A DNA stretch of 64,000 nt from Candidatus Sumerlaeota bacterium. GTDB lineage: Bacteria; Sumerlaeota; Sumerlaeia; JAFGJS01. This document shows positions 49,101 through 57,274 of the stretch, in pieces. The translations under genes and the position numbers were made by a program. Under the pieces are notes generated by a model. It made no database searches and was not told the origin of the DNA. It saw only the letters and a program-made list of their open reading frames with translations. The stretch spans positions 31,726-95,725 of the forward strand of contig JAFGJS010000042.1 of NCBI GenBank assembly GCA_016928995.1. The letters run 5' to 3'. Within the stretch, counting starts at the first letter, position 1, and each line of letters begins with the position of its first letter.

Positions 49101-49602
49101 ACTCCGGCTGCTTCTCGAGCCATTCGAGCCACAGGTTCTGTGCGCGCAGCGGTTCGTCCACGGCTTCTCCGCTGATTTCAAACTCAGGCGGCAGTCCAGC
49201 TTCAACGGGAAATTCGCGCAGGATGCTCGCGCAAAAACCGTGGATCGTGCTGAACGCCGCCGCGTCCAAACCTTCCAGCGCCTTCCGGCAATTTTCGCGT
49301 TGATCCTCCGCCTCGCCTGCGCGCGCCCGGCGCTCCAGTTCCATGCGCACGCGATCCTTGAGTTCCGCGGCCGCTTTTTCGGTGAATGTGATGGCGGCGA
49401 TTTGATCCACCGCCGCCAAGCCGGAACAAATCAGCCGCACGACGCGCCGCGTCAGCACGGTGGTCTTGCCCGCTCCGGCCGCCGCTTCCACGAAAAACGA
49501 TTGATCCAGGCGCGACTCGGCCCATTCGCGCGCTTGCGCATCGGGCAATTCATGCGGCTGTCGCGTTGCAGTGTTAAGCGGTTCCATCCCGTCCCGTTCC
49601 AT
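46159..49602 (-). CDS. UvrD-family helicase fused to a C-terminal PD-(D/E)XK nuclease (AddA/RecB-like)
   Basis: 1147 aa. Walker A AAAGAGKTTVL. LLVDEFQDTDPLQ. C-terminal GQIDCLFREDDGWVVVDYKTD nuclease motif. Confidence 0.88.
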   Translation of the reverse strand: MERDGMEPLNTATRQPHELPDAQAREWAESRLDQSFFVEAAAGAGKTTVLTRRVVRLICSGLAAVDQIAAITFTEKAAAELKDRVRMELERRARAGEAEDQRENCRKALEGLDAAAFSTIHGFCASILREFPVEAGLPPEFEISGEAVDEPLRAQNLWLEWLEKQPESAAGPLVDALRAGADWRRVRDVAELLGRRWELAERMASQELHLDDALREARRLADELAALIAEQCANRADTLCVIAEQYAAEVQRIIEGESAEEALARIAALKKPRGNLGAKAHWNGDEAKARVHELIGEIRPLTLAAGHVKIARLYEWAASYPRFCAELRRRTARLNFEDLLRLTRDLARDDLDARDQLRRRYRYLLVDEFQDTDPLQAEIVWLLASDDEGADWRAMQPRDGALFVVGDPKQSIYRFRNADIEIYEQARRFFPPERRLQLTTNFRSAPPVTDWINAAFSKLIHRPADGGNYQPDYAPLHPFRSDREHSRTLYLLPRRESLETLNAKSADACRALEAEIIGDWLRRTLDARSLLVLDRETNAQRLVEPGDVALLFRGMSNADLFEDVLRSFGVSCHVLSGRTFFNTPEVRLLTHLVRAVDQPHALWDFVAALRSPVFACEDERIFLCKERHGLLQPQLLKLDPDEADEESRSVIEAAHLLERWRNAAREQPPGAMIERIIDEAQLELIFTLRRNPERHLANLRKLREIARKLEAAGYSTLRGAADYLDQCRSVQQREEESPSDDETGGAVKLLTIHSAKGLEFPVVVLADLVSDVRGGTDAALFDASRGQVDLRLNDALMTMGYAEAKSHDIACAEAEETRLLYVAATRARDCLVVPWIFSPQAFGNLRGGRQKARLIEAAGLNPLSDSVTQNWEESLQVPGGGCVARINGAETRIWQQPEQPQTRAEDMRLLSELVNAEGALNAKTRQALDVRENWLIERERLALESLHCRAISTPSSLAHEDDFRRIVADASDEKITQPPSMLLRAAAMRFGAAAHRVLERIDLPVCREWEAVLSAAEDEFDLDAEERERLAQLIRRTLLSEAFQRIARAKETHREIPFCVRTERGLLEGQIDCLFREDDGWVVVDYKTDAIPSGGPAPLAERYRPQCRAYAQAIRQAAGETPKETALLLLQNDPPILLTVALGEDQS

Positions 49603-49703
49603 TGCGCTTGCACTCCAATAGGCACTTCATAGCGCAAAGCAAAACGGGCGGCAAGGCAATAAGCCCGCCGCCCGTCGTGATTTTATCGCACCGCTTGTTT
49701 CGC

Positions 49704-50438
49704 TTAGAATTCGAAGGTATCGACTCCTTCATAACCCCGGAGCGACTTCTTGGCGCCGTCGAAATTCGTGACATCGTCGTCGCCCAATCCGCGCACGGGC
49801 GCGGAAAGCATCACGCCGTCGGGACCGCCGCTGATCAGCTGATATGTCGAGGCGTTGAACCAGGTTTCCGAACTGGCCAGCGGATGTTCTCCTGGATATT
49901 CCGTCGCGCCCATCAATTCGTATTCGTAGGGATAATTAAACGGCGTTTCACTGATCCCTGACCGCACGTAATACACCGGATGATCCCATGGATCGAGAAT
50001 TTGAATTTCCGGCAGATCCGTATTGCTGGCATAACCCAACTGACCATCAAGCGTTCCGACTTTCGCCTCGCCGGCGTCGAAGTACGGCCCGGCCCATCGG
50101 CTGCCCAGCGGCGCATAGCGACTGCCATTCAAACTTTGCGTGAGCGAGATATACATGTAGCCGCATCCGACGAAAGGCCGCGTGGGATTCGGCGCGCTGG
50201 GCGCCAGGATGGTGCCCGAACTGCTCAGGGGGTATTCGCCGGTGTCGATGCGGTAGCGCTCAATGCCCATCGCGAGGTGGCCGAACAGGCTCTTGCACGC
50301 CGCAAAGCGCGCGCGCTCAGTCTGGTCGATGTAAATGTTCACCGCCATCGCCGTGAGGATGCTGATGATCAGCACCACAACCAGCAGTTCGAGCAGCGTC
50401 ACGCCGCGCCAGCCTGAGCTTTGTTTTAGTCTTTCCAT
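49704..50438 (-). CDS. Oversized GspG-like pseudopilin, paralogue 6 of 6
   Basis: GWRG|VTLLELLVVVLIISIL. RWAGPYFD. LDPWDHPVYY. SGGPDG...GLGDDDVTNFDG. Confidence 0.85.
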   Translation of the reverse strand: MERLKQSSGWRGVTLLELLVVVLIISILTAMAVNIYIDQTERARFAACKSLFGHLAMGIERYRIDTGEYPLSSSGTILAPSAPNPTRPFVGCGYMYISLTQSLNGSRYAPLGSRWAGPYFDAGEAKVGTLDGQLGYASNTDLPEIQILDPWDHPVYYVRSGISETPFNYPYEYELMGATEYPGEHPLASSETWFNASTYQLISGGPDGVMLSAPVRGLGDDDVTNFDGAKKSLRGYEGVDTFEF

Positions 50439-50486
50439 TTAGTCGCCAGTCTCATCAGGATATCAACGCCGCGATGCCGCGCGTAA

Positions 50487-51215
50487 TTATAAGATGTATG
50501 TCTCCTGCGTCACGGCACGACCTTCGAAATTGGTCACATCGTCGCTGTCCAGTCCTTGGAGGGAAGTCTCAAGCGTTATGCCATTTTCACCGCAGGAAAA
50601 GATTTGAAATGTCAGCGGATTGAAAAACGTCTCTAGGTCCGCATATGGATGTTCGACGGGATATTTCGTGCCGTAATAGACTTCGTAGTCATACGGAACG
50701 CCGCTGACGATCTCGCCTCCACGACAATAAGTATATGGCCCGCCCCAAGGATCCAATAGCATGACTTGAGTCGCGCTTGATATACCCATCGGATTTGTCG
50801 CAGTGACGGTGTATTCCTGCACACGGCGATCCGTCATGTTCAGATACGGCCCTTGCCAGCGCGGAGAGTACGGATTCAAAGGGTTATTGCTCATGCTGCG
50901 CTGCAACGCCATATACATAAAGCCGTTGCCCGCGTATCTGCGGATGTAGTACAGGCTGGCGCCGCCTCCGCCGGTTCCCGAACTCGACGGCGGGAATTCT
51001 CCCATGTCGATCTCATAGCGATAACATGCGACACAAAGCTCGCGGATTTCGCTGCGCGCCACGCTGTAACGCGCGCGCCGGATTTGTGATTCGTAAACGC
51101 CGGCCGCCATGATCGCCAGAATGCTGATGATCAGCACCACCACCAGCAATTCCAGCATCGTGACGCCGTGCCGGCGCCGGTTTTCGCCGCATTGATCTTC
51201 ATGCATCCAATTCAT
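50487..51215 (-). CDS. Oversized GspG-like pseudopilin, paralogue 5
   Basis: RRHG|VTMLELLVVVLIISIL. RWQGPYLN. LDPWGGPYTY. SCGENG...GLDSDDVTNFEG. Close duplicate of 49704-50438. Confidence 0.85.
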   Translation of the reverse strand: MNWMHEDQCGENRRRHGVTMLELLVVVLIISILAIMAAGVYESQIRRARYSVARSEIRELCVACYRYEIDMGEFPPSSSGTGGGGASLYYIRRYAGNGFMYMALQRSMSNNPLNPYSPRWQGPYLNMTDRRVQEYTVTATNPMGISSATQVMLLDPWGGPYTYCRGGEIVSGVPYDYEVYYGTKYPVEHPYADLETFFNPLTFQIFSCGENGITLETSLQGLDSDDVTNFEGRAVTQETYIL

Positions 51216-51233
51216 CCAAGGCGCCCTCTGCTA

Positions 51234-51989
51234 TTAGAATGTGTTCAGCGTCGTTTCCGTCATGACTCGTCCGAACATGTAAAAGATGTCATCGTCGCCG
51301 TCGTTATCGGCGTCGGATTCGTTGTTCCGGCCATAACTGACGATGGCATAACGGTCAAACCGGTCGTCGTTCGTTGTGATCCGGCCGTCGCTAAAGCTCG
51401 CCGTCAGCCAGGACGAAGCCTCCACGTTGTCTGCGGTCAGACCGATCAAACCGATCGGAGAATAAAAGCGATACGGCTGCCCCCAGGGATCCAGCGGATA
51501 ATCGCGTTGAATCAGGGTGCTGCTTTCCGCGATCAAATCGTCCGGATCGTCCGATTGCGCTCCGGCGATGAAAACACGCTTGGGATTCAGAAACGGACCT
51601 TGCCAGCCGTAATAAAGCCTGCCAACCCGCGGCGACTCATCCCGGTCGGACAAGTCCAGTTGGACTGTGTTTTGCAAATCCGCCACATTCGGATCGATCA
51701 GAAAGAACACGGCTTCGTTGTCCAATGAGTCGTCGCGCGATGTGCTGCCGATGGCATCGGGCGCAATATCGTCCAACACCTGAAGCGGCACGTAAAACGA
51801 ATGCACCGCCAGACAGGTCTGCAGCGACTGGGCGATGTCCTTGACTTCCGAGCGCGCCGCGGCCTCGCGGGCGGTTTCCATGCGGTTGATGTAAGCCGGC
51901 ACGGCGAGCGTGGCCAGTATTCCGACGATCGCCATCACCACCAGCAATTCTGTCAGCGTCACCGCCTGTGAATGATTGCTCTTGACCAT
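51234..51989 (-). CDS. Oversized GspG-like pseudopilin, paralogue 4
   Basis: HSQA|VTLTELLVVMAIVGIL. GWQGPFLN. LDPWGQPYRF. SYGRNNESDADNDGDDDIFYMFG. Confidence 0.85.
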   Translation of the reverse strand: MVKSNHSQAVTLTELLVVMAIVGILATLAVPAYINRMETAREAAARSEVKDIAQSLQTCLAVHSFYVPLQVLDDIAPDAIGSTSRDDSLDNEAVFFLIDPNVADLQNTVQLDLSDRDESPRVGRLYYGWQGPFLNPKRVFIAGAQSDDPDDLIAESSTLIQRDYPLDPWGQPYRFYSPIGLIGLTADNVEASSWLTASFSDGRITTNDDRFDRYAIVSYGRNNESDADNDGDDDIFYMFGRVMTETTLNTF

Positions 51990-52026
51990 CTCAATCTCCT
52001 GTTTTGGCGCTGCCCGCGCTATTGAA

Positions 52027-52749
52027 TCAGAACTGATACGTCAAATCGTCGCCCGTGCCCACTGCGGAGGCGCCGTTGTCTCCGGGAAGCCCATCGCGCC
52101 CCAGCGACACCAGCGTCGGCCTGTCGAATTTATTGCCCTCCGTGCCGCCCCACGAGGCGGTTGAAAGCTGGGCGAAAATCCCGGCGAAACTCGTGCCGTC
52201 TTCCATACGGCCCGCCGGCTCCACCATCATCCCCGCATCCGTGAAAAGCAGGTAGGGCGTACCCCACGGATCGGCGGGAAAAAGTTTCGTTTCGATATCG
52301 ACGACCTGCCAGTTGATGTACGGACCTTTCCATGAAAAGTTCGTCTCGTTGCTCGATAGCAGATCGAATTGCAGCGCCGCTTCGGGCGTAGAGAGCTGCG
52401 TGCCGTCCTCGGCGTCGATGAAAATCCGTAAAGGATTGCCCACCAGCGTTTGATACCGTTCCCGGAGAATTCCATCATGCAAGTCCGATGGGTCGTCCGG
52501 ATCATACGCCGTGGCATCGCCGCCGTTGCTGTCGTTGAGCACATGCAACCGGAAAAGGAAGCCGGTGTCGATGGACACGTGCTCCTGAGCGCGCGCCAGT
52601 TCCTTAAGGTCCGACATGGCGGCCTTCTGCCGGGCTTCCTCGGCGCGGTTCGCAATGCGCGAAATGGCCACCGAAGTGAGAATTCCGATGATGACCAACG
52701 CGATCAGCAGCTCGATGATCGAAAAGCCGCTTTGTGTTCTGAGTTTCAT
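52027..52749 (-). CDS. Oversized GspG-like pseudopilin, paralogue 3
   Basis: TQSG|FSIIELLIALVIIGIL. SWKGPYINW. ADPWGTPYLLF. SLGRDGLPGDNG...GTGDDLTYQF. Confidence 0.85.
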   Translation of the reverse strand: MKLRTQSGFSIIELLIALVIIGILTSVAISRIANRAEEARQKAAMSDLKELARAQEHVSIDTGFLFRLHVLNDSNGGDATAYDPDDPSDLHDGILRERYQTLVGNPLRIFIDAEDGTQLSTPEAALQFDLLSSNETNFSWKGPYINWQVVDIETKLFPADPWGTPYLLFTDAGMMVEPAGRMEDGTSFAGIFAQLSTASWGGTEGNKFDRPTLVSLGRDGLPGDNGASAVGTGDDLTYQF

Positions 52750-52839
52750 TCGCGCGTCTCCACTTTCTATATTAGCTTTCGTATTCCCTGGAGTCTTCGT
52801 TTAACGTCATAACGCGGCGCTCCTTATCATCCCCTGTGT

Positions 52840-53634
52840 TTATTCCACATGGCGGATAATATCGTCGCTGTCCGGTTCGCCCAGCAGTCCGCCGGTTCCG
52901 TCGATTTCCCACGGCCGCAAATTCGCTGCGTCGAACGCACCACCATCGCCAGGCAATCCGTCGGGGCCGCAGCTGAAGATCCGCGCCACCAGAAAACCGG
53001 TCTCCGAAGGGGAGTCATAGATGGTCGGGCCCGTGCCAAAGAAGATATACGGCGTGCCCCATGCGTCCACGGGATAACGGTCCAGATCATCGGACGGCCG
53101 CCAAATGCCGTGATATGGCACCGGTCCGCCCGAAGGATTGGATAATAATTCCCTAAACACCTCGCTATACCGGATATCATAGATCGCGATGGAGCGGCTT
53201 TGCTGGTAAGTCACATACGGACCTTTCCAGCGTAACGCGAGGATAGCGCGCTCCGAGCCGCCGTCGTTGAAAAACAGATCGTTCCAGTACGCGCTCGGCA
53301 CATACACATGGGCATATTCCGGATCTTCGAGGTTGTTGTCCGGCACGTTGTCGCCATTGGCGTCAACAAAGCCCGTTGTGTTGTCCAAATCCTGCAGACG
53401 CGGATATTCGCTGGTGTCCGCTTTAGCCATCACGAGCGCTGTGGAAAGTTCTTTCATCTCGTCGATGGTTGAGTTCAGCCGCGCTTCTTCCATTTTTTTC
53501 ATATAGACCGGCAGCGCGACCAACGCCAGGATGGCGATCACCGTCGCGACCATTGTCACTTCGATGGCCGAAAAGCCCAGCGCTTCATTCCGGCGGTTTC
53601 CGCCTCTTCCATTTGCGCCCTGATTCCGTTTCAT
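52840..53634 (-). CDS. Oversized GspG-like pseudopilin, paralogue 2
   Basis: EALG|FSAIEVTMVATVIAIL. RWKGPYVTY. VDAWGTPYIFF. SCGPDGLPGDGG...PDSDDIIRHVE. Confidence 0.85.
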   Translation of the reverse strand: MKRNQGANGRGGNRRNEALGFSAIEVTMVATVIAILALVALPVYMKKMEEARLNSTIDEMKELSTALVMAKADTSEYPRLQDLDNTTGFVDANGDNVPDNNLEDPEYAHVYVPSAYWNDLFFNDGGSERAILALRWKGPYVTYQQSRSIAIYDIRYSEVFRELLSNPSGGPVPYHGIWRPSDDLDRYPVDAWGTPYIFFGTGPTIYDSPSETGFLVARIFSCGPDGLPGDGGAFDAANLRPWEIDGTGGLLGEPDSDDIIRHVE

Positions 53635-53671
53635 CGGCTTTTATTCTCCCGCTTTATTCCTACTTATTGGT

Positions 53672-54565
53672 CTATTGCAATTTAATATGCAAATCATCCG
53701 AGCCTGCATCAATCGAGCCAATATATGCCGTGCTACCGAACTGCTGCTCGGAGTATCCCTGAACAAAGACCTCGTCATTAGGCGTCTGAAATTCGGTTTC
53801 AGTCGGCCAGTCAAATTCCCTGCCGCTTCCCACGGGCGCGACGGCGTACAGACGCTGGGCCTCTTTGCGCGTGGTCTCGGCGGTCGTCTTCGATAATGGA
53901 TTGATATAGCCGCCTGGTAAATTGTCCGGACCGTAACTGACGAAATCAACGGTATAATCGGCCACTTCGTATGCGGTTTGGATGAAAGCCGGACGGAAAA
54001 GATCCATATCCACTTTCATGGCATAAACAACATACGGCTGCCCCCAAAGATCAACCGGCCAGGATACTACCCGTGCATCGTCCGGATTGGCCGGCGTCAG
54101 CACCTGAGATTGAATCAACATGCGGGCGTATCCGCTTTTGCCGATCGCCGTGGCCCGGTTGGTGTTCAGCGGCCGGCCACCGGCGATGTAGGGTCCGCCC
54201 CATCGCGTCGCGATGATCTCGCGGCGCGCAAGACCAAGGTCGTAACCGTAAATATGGAAATCACTGGTCGCCGCGGGCGGGATGGAGCCGAAACCTGTAT
54301 TCGGATCGATAATGCCGATCATAGGTTGTTGTAAAAAGTTCAGTTTGGGGATGATACTCAAATCCTGCTGGGCGAAGGCGGCAGCTTCGCGGTAATTGTG
54401 CAACTCCGCGACGACCGCCTTCATCTGATTCTCCCGCCAGACTGTGGAGATGCTGATCGCCGCCAAACCGGCGAAGATCGACAACAACAACGCGACCACG
54501 AGGATTTCAATCAGCGAAAATCCTGCTTGGCGCCTGCGCGACATGACGTGTCCCATTCTCAGCAT
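53672..54565 (-). CDS. Oversized GspG-like pseudopilin, paralogue 1
   Basis: RRQAG|FSLIEILVVALLLSIF. RWGGPYIAG. VDLWGQPYVVY. SYGPDNLPGG...DAGSDDLHIKLQ. Start placed at ATG 54565 (AGGGA upstream); 54544 is possible. Confidence 0.8.
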   Translation of the reverse strand: MLRMGHVMSRRRQAGFSLIEILVVALLLSIFAGLAAISISTVWRENQMKAVVAELHNYREAAAFAQQDLSIIPKLNFLQQPMIGIIDPNTGFGSIPPAATSDFHIYGYDLGLARREIIATRWGGPYIAGGRPLNTNRATAIGKSGYARMLIQSQVLTPANPDDARVVSWPVDLWGQPYVVYAMKVDMDLFRPAFIQTAYEVADYTVDFVSYGPDNLPGGYINPLSKTTAETTRKEAQRLYAVAPVGSGREFDWPTETEFQTPNDEVFVQGYSEQQFGSTAYIGSIDAGSDDLHIKLQ

Positions 54566-54690
54566 CGTTTTATCCCTGTCAAATGTGTGTATATTCCACA
54601 AATTCAAATCTGTCAAGCACAGTTCGGCGATCAATGAGCAGAAACAAAATCTTAAAATACGCCCTGCCGACTCCTCGATTCACTGCCAAT

Positions 54691-57264
54691 TTAGTAAATC
54701 CTGCGTTGCTGGATCACACGTTGCGCCTTGCCATCCACTGCGATGAGGGCCTGCTGTCTCCATTGCAGACGCCGTCGCTGGGATGCGTTTTCGCTGGAAA
54801 CCTTGGGTCCGAATTCCAGAGAAAACACCTCGGAATGCACGGAGATGCATGGCATCCAACTTGCAAAGCGCTCAATTCGCGTCACTTCCGGCTCATCGGC
54901 GTCCCAGATGCCTTCCAGCCGCAACAAGTCCCCCAGTTGCTCGAAGGGGATCACTGTTTCATCGTAATTTCCCTGCGCCCAGAGTTTGGCGGATGCGTCA
55001 CGGCAATTCTGGCGATATTGCATGATACGCCGGGCATGACGCGGAGTCATGTCCGGCAGCGCCAGCAGTTGCGCTTCGCCGCAGGTGTTGATGTTGATCC
55101 GGCCGTGCGTTTGCGGATATTCACCGAGGCTTTCACGGATGTTCTCCACATCTTGCGGCGTAATTGCCAGGCGCGCCCATTCCGCTGCCGTTTCGACGGA
55201 CGCCCCCGCAGCTGTCACAGCTTGCAATTTGGGCAGTTCTTCCAGCGTGAAAATGTCGATAATGCGCGAATCGATGCGATTGGCGCTGTCATTCTCAATC
55301 GTTGGATAGCGCCATCCGAGCGGCAGATCTTCATCGCTGATATAGCCGCAATACACCAGCAGCGCGTCCGCAGGCGAGGTGAATGGGCGGTCGCGCAAGG
55401 GATTGACTTCAAAGGCGTCCTGGTTTTGAAAATCGTCGCTGTCCTGATCCACGTAATTCACCTCGAACGGCGTGATCGGCAGACGCGAGAGATATTGCAA
55501 ACGGGGATCGCCGCGTTGCAGGCTGCGGCTGGCGCCGTCGAAGGCGCCGTTGGAATACGGCGCGTAATCCAGCAAATGGCCTTCTGTATCGTAAAGCGCT
55601 ACGGCTCCGGTGTCGTTGGGGATCGTAAGCGCCTCGAATTCGATCAGTTGGCGTTCTATTCCGCTGCGCACCATGCCCGTGATGTCGTAAAAACTTCCCG
55701 CAGTCGGATCATCATCTTCCTCGGCGTCGTCCGATTCCTCGTAATTGTCCGTCACGATCAGGAAGCCTTGCGGCGGCAATGTGCCGCGCAGCGGATAGCG
55801 GCCGGAGCCAGTGTCCAGCCAGATGCCCGTCAAGTCGAGCGAAACGGCATATGGATTGTAGATTTCGACATATTCGCCCCGATCGCCGAGTTCATCGCTC
55901 GTTGTCGCATCGGAGTAGATTTCGTTGATCACGGGATTGATCTCCACCCCAAGGATCGGCTGCCCCGTATTATTCGGATTGGGCAGTTGAGTGGGAACAT
56001 GGTCGGGATCGCGCCAGTCGATTAAATTCGCGGTCCATTGAACCAGCAGGGCTTCATCCTTGTCCGGCTGCGCCCGGCGAATCGCCTCGAGGATTTCATC
56101 CGCGGTTGAGTAATTCAGCGACACCGGCGAGATTCGCTCCGGAGTTTGTCCGTCATAGGTTTTCGCGATCAGCCTGCCGGTGCTATGCACCGTGAAATGC
56201 TTCTCCAGCGCTTTATAGATTTCCGGCGTCACGCCTTCAATGTCGCGCAATTCCTCAATTGTGAGGAACAGACGATCGTCGCCGCGTGGCTGTGAGCGCG
56301 GATCGAAGGCCGCCTCATCCGCCTCATCCACGCTCTCGCCGTCTTCATCGACTTTGCCGTTGCAGTTATCGTCGATCCAGTTGCTTTCCAGGCTTTCATC
56401 CGCGTCATCGGCATTGCCGTCCATATTCTGATCCAGGCCGTCGTTGCGCATCGAAAACAGGATTTCTCCCGGGTTGTCTGCGCGGCCGTCAAGGTCGTCG
56501 CCGGCAGCATTAGCGATCAGGCTGGTTCCCTGGCTGGAGCCGTCGCCGTCGTCGTCCACTCCAGCCTTGCCAGGCTGCCCGTCCGGGCCGTAGCGGAACG
56601 CCAAGATGCGGCGCGCCAGCGCCTTGGCCAAAGCAGAGTTGTCAATCCCTTCGGCTTTAAGGGCTTGATCCAGAGCGTCCGTAAGGCGCACCCGAGGCTT
56701 CTGATACAAAATGCCATCCTGGCGGTTTTCGCTGAAATCGGACCACATGCCCAGCGTATTCAGGTCGAACTTGCCGCTTTCATCCTCCACTTCGTAAATC
56801 ACACAGGGCGCTTCGCGGAAGCTTTCCTCCATCAGCTGCGCCCGCGTCGGACTGGACGAAGGCATGCTGAATTGCGCGGAGCGAAGAGAATCGGTTTGCG
56901 TCGAAGCGCTGTAATCAAGCGCCGTCATACGGCTGGTTTTCGTGGCTGCGCTGGCGCTGCTGAGCTGCAGCGGAAGCGGCTTGAGCTGGCTCCAGAGCTG
57001 CGTGTCGGCCACGACATCCATGCGCGAAATCAAGGGCGCCGCCACGGCCGCGCCCGACACTGAAGCGGCTTGATCCTGCGTGGACTTGCCATATTCATCC
57101 GCCGCGATGAGATCAAGCTGGGATGTGTACGTGAGCACAGAGGCGACAAGGAACAATACGCTCAGGATCGCCAGCACGATGATAAACGTCGCGCCGCGCC
57201 GTCCTTGCCGCCGGTCATGTCTGCTTCGTGTCAACATTGCTCCCATCTTTTCTCGCGACTTCAA
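54691..57264 (-). CDS. Giant GspK-like minor pseudopilin with acidic Ca-binding-type repeats, a lamin-tail domain (LTD) and helix-hairpin-helix motifs
   Basis: 857 aa. N-terminus RRGATFIIVLAILSVLFLVASVL (pseudopilin helix lacking Glu+5, as in GspK). DDDGDG / DQNMDGNADDADE...DDNCNGKVDEDGESVDE. LTD-like VINEIYSD...GEYVEIYNPYAVSLDLTGIWLDTGSGRYPLRGTLPPQGFLIVTDN. HhH-like LTIEELRDIEGVTPEIYKAL and NTCGEAQLLALPDMTPRHARRIMQYR. Confidence 0.7.
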   Translation of the reverse strand: MKSREKMGAMLTRSRHDRRQGRRGATFIIVLAILSVLFLVASVLTYTSQLDLIAADEYGKSTQDQAASVSGAAVAAPLISRMDVVADTQLWSQLKPLPLQLSSASAATKTSRMTALDYSASTQTDSLRSAQFSMPSSSPTRAQLMEESFREAPCVIYEVEDESGKFDLNTLGMWSDFSENRQDGILYQKPRVRLTDALDQALKAEGIDNSALAKALARRILAFRYGPDGQPGKAGVDDDGDGSSQGTSLIANAAGDDLDGRADNPGEILFSMRNDGLDQNMDGNADDADESLESNWIDDNCNGKVDEDGESVDEADEAAFDPRSQPRGDDRLFLTIEELRDIEGVTPEIYKALEKHFTVHSTGRLIAKTYDGQTPERISPVSLNYSTADEILEAIRRAQPDKDEALLVQWTANLIDWRDPDHVPTQLPNPNNTGQPILGVEINPVINEIYSDATTSDELGDRGEYVEIYNPYAVSLDLTGIWLDTGSGRYPLRGTLPPQGFLIVTDNYEESDDAEEDDDPTAGSFYDITGMVRSGIERQLIEFEALTIPNDTGAVALYDTEGHLLDYAPYSNGAFDGASRSLQRGDPRLQYLSRLPITPFEVNYVDQDSDDFQNQDAFEVNPLRDRPFTSPADALLVYCGYISDEDLPLGWRYPTIENDSANRIDSRIIDIFTLEELPKLQAVTAAGASVETAAEWARLAITPQDVENIRESLGEYPQTHGRININTCGEAQLLALPDMTPRHARRIMQYRQNCRDASAKLWAQGNYDETVIPFEQLGDLLRLEGIWDADEPEVTRIERFASWMPCISVHSEVFSLEFGPKVSSENASQRRRLQWRQQALIAVDGKAQRVIQQRRIY

Positions 57265-57274
57265 AGCACCGGTC

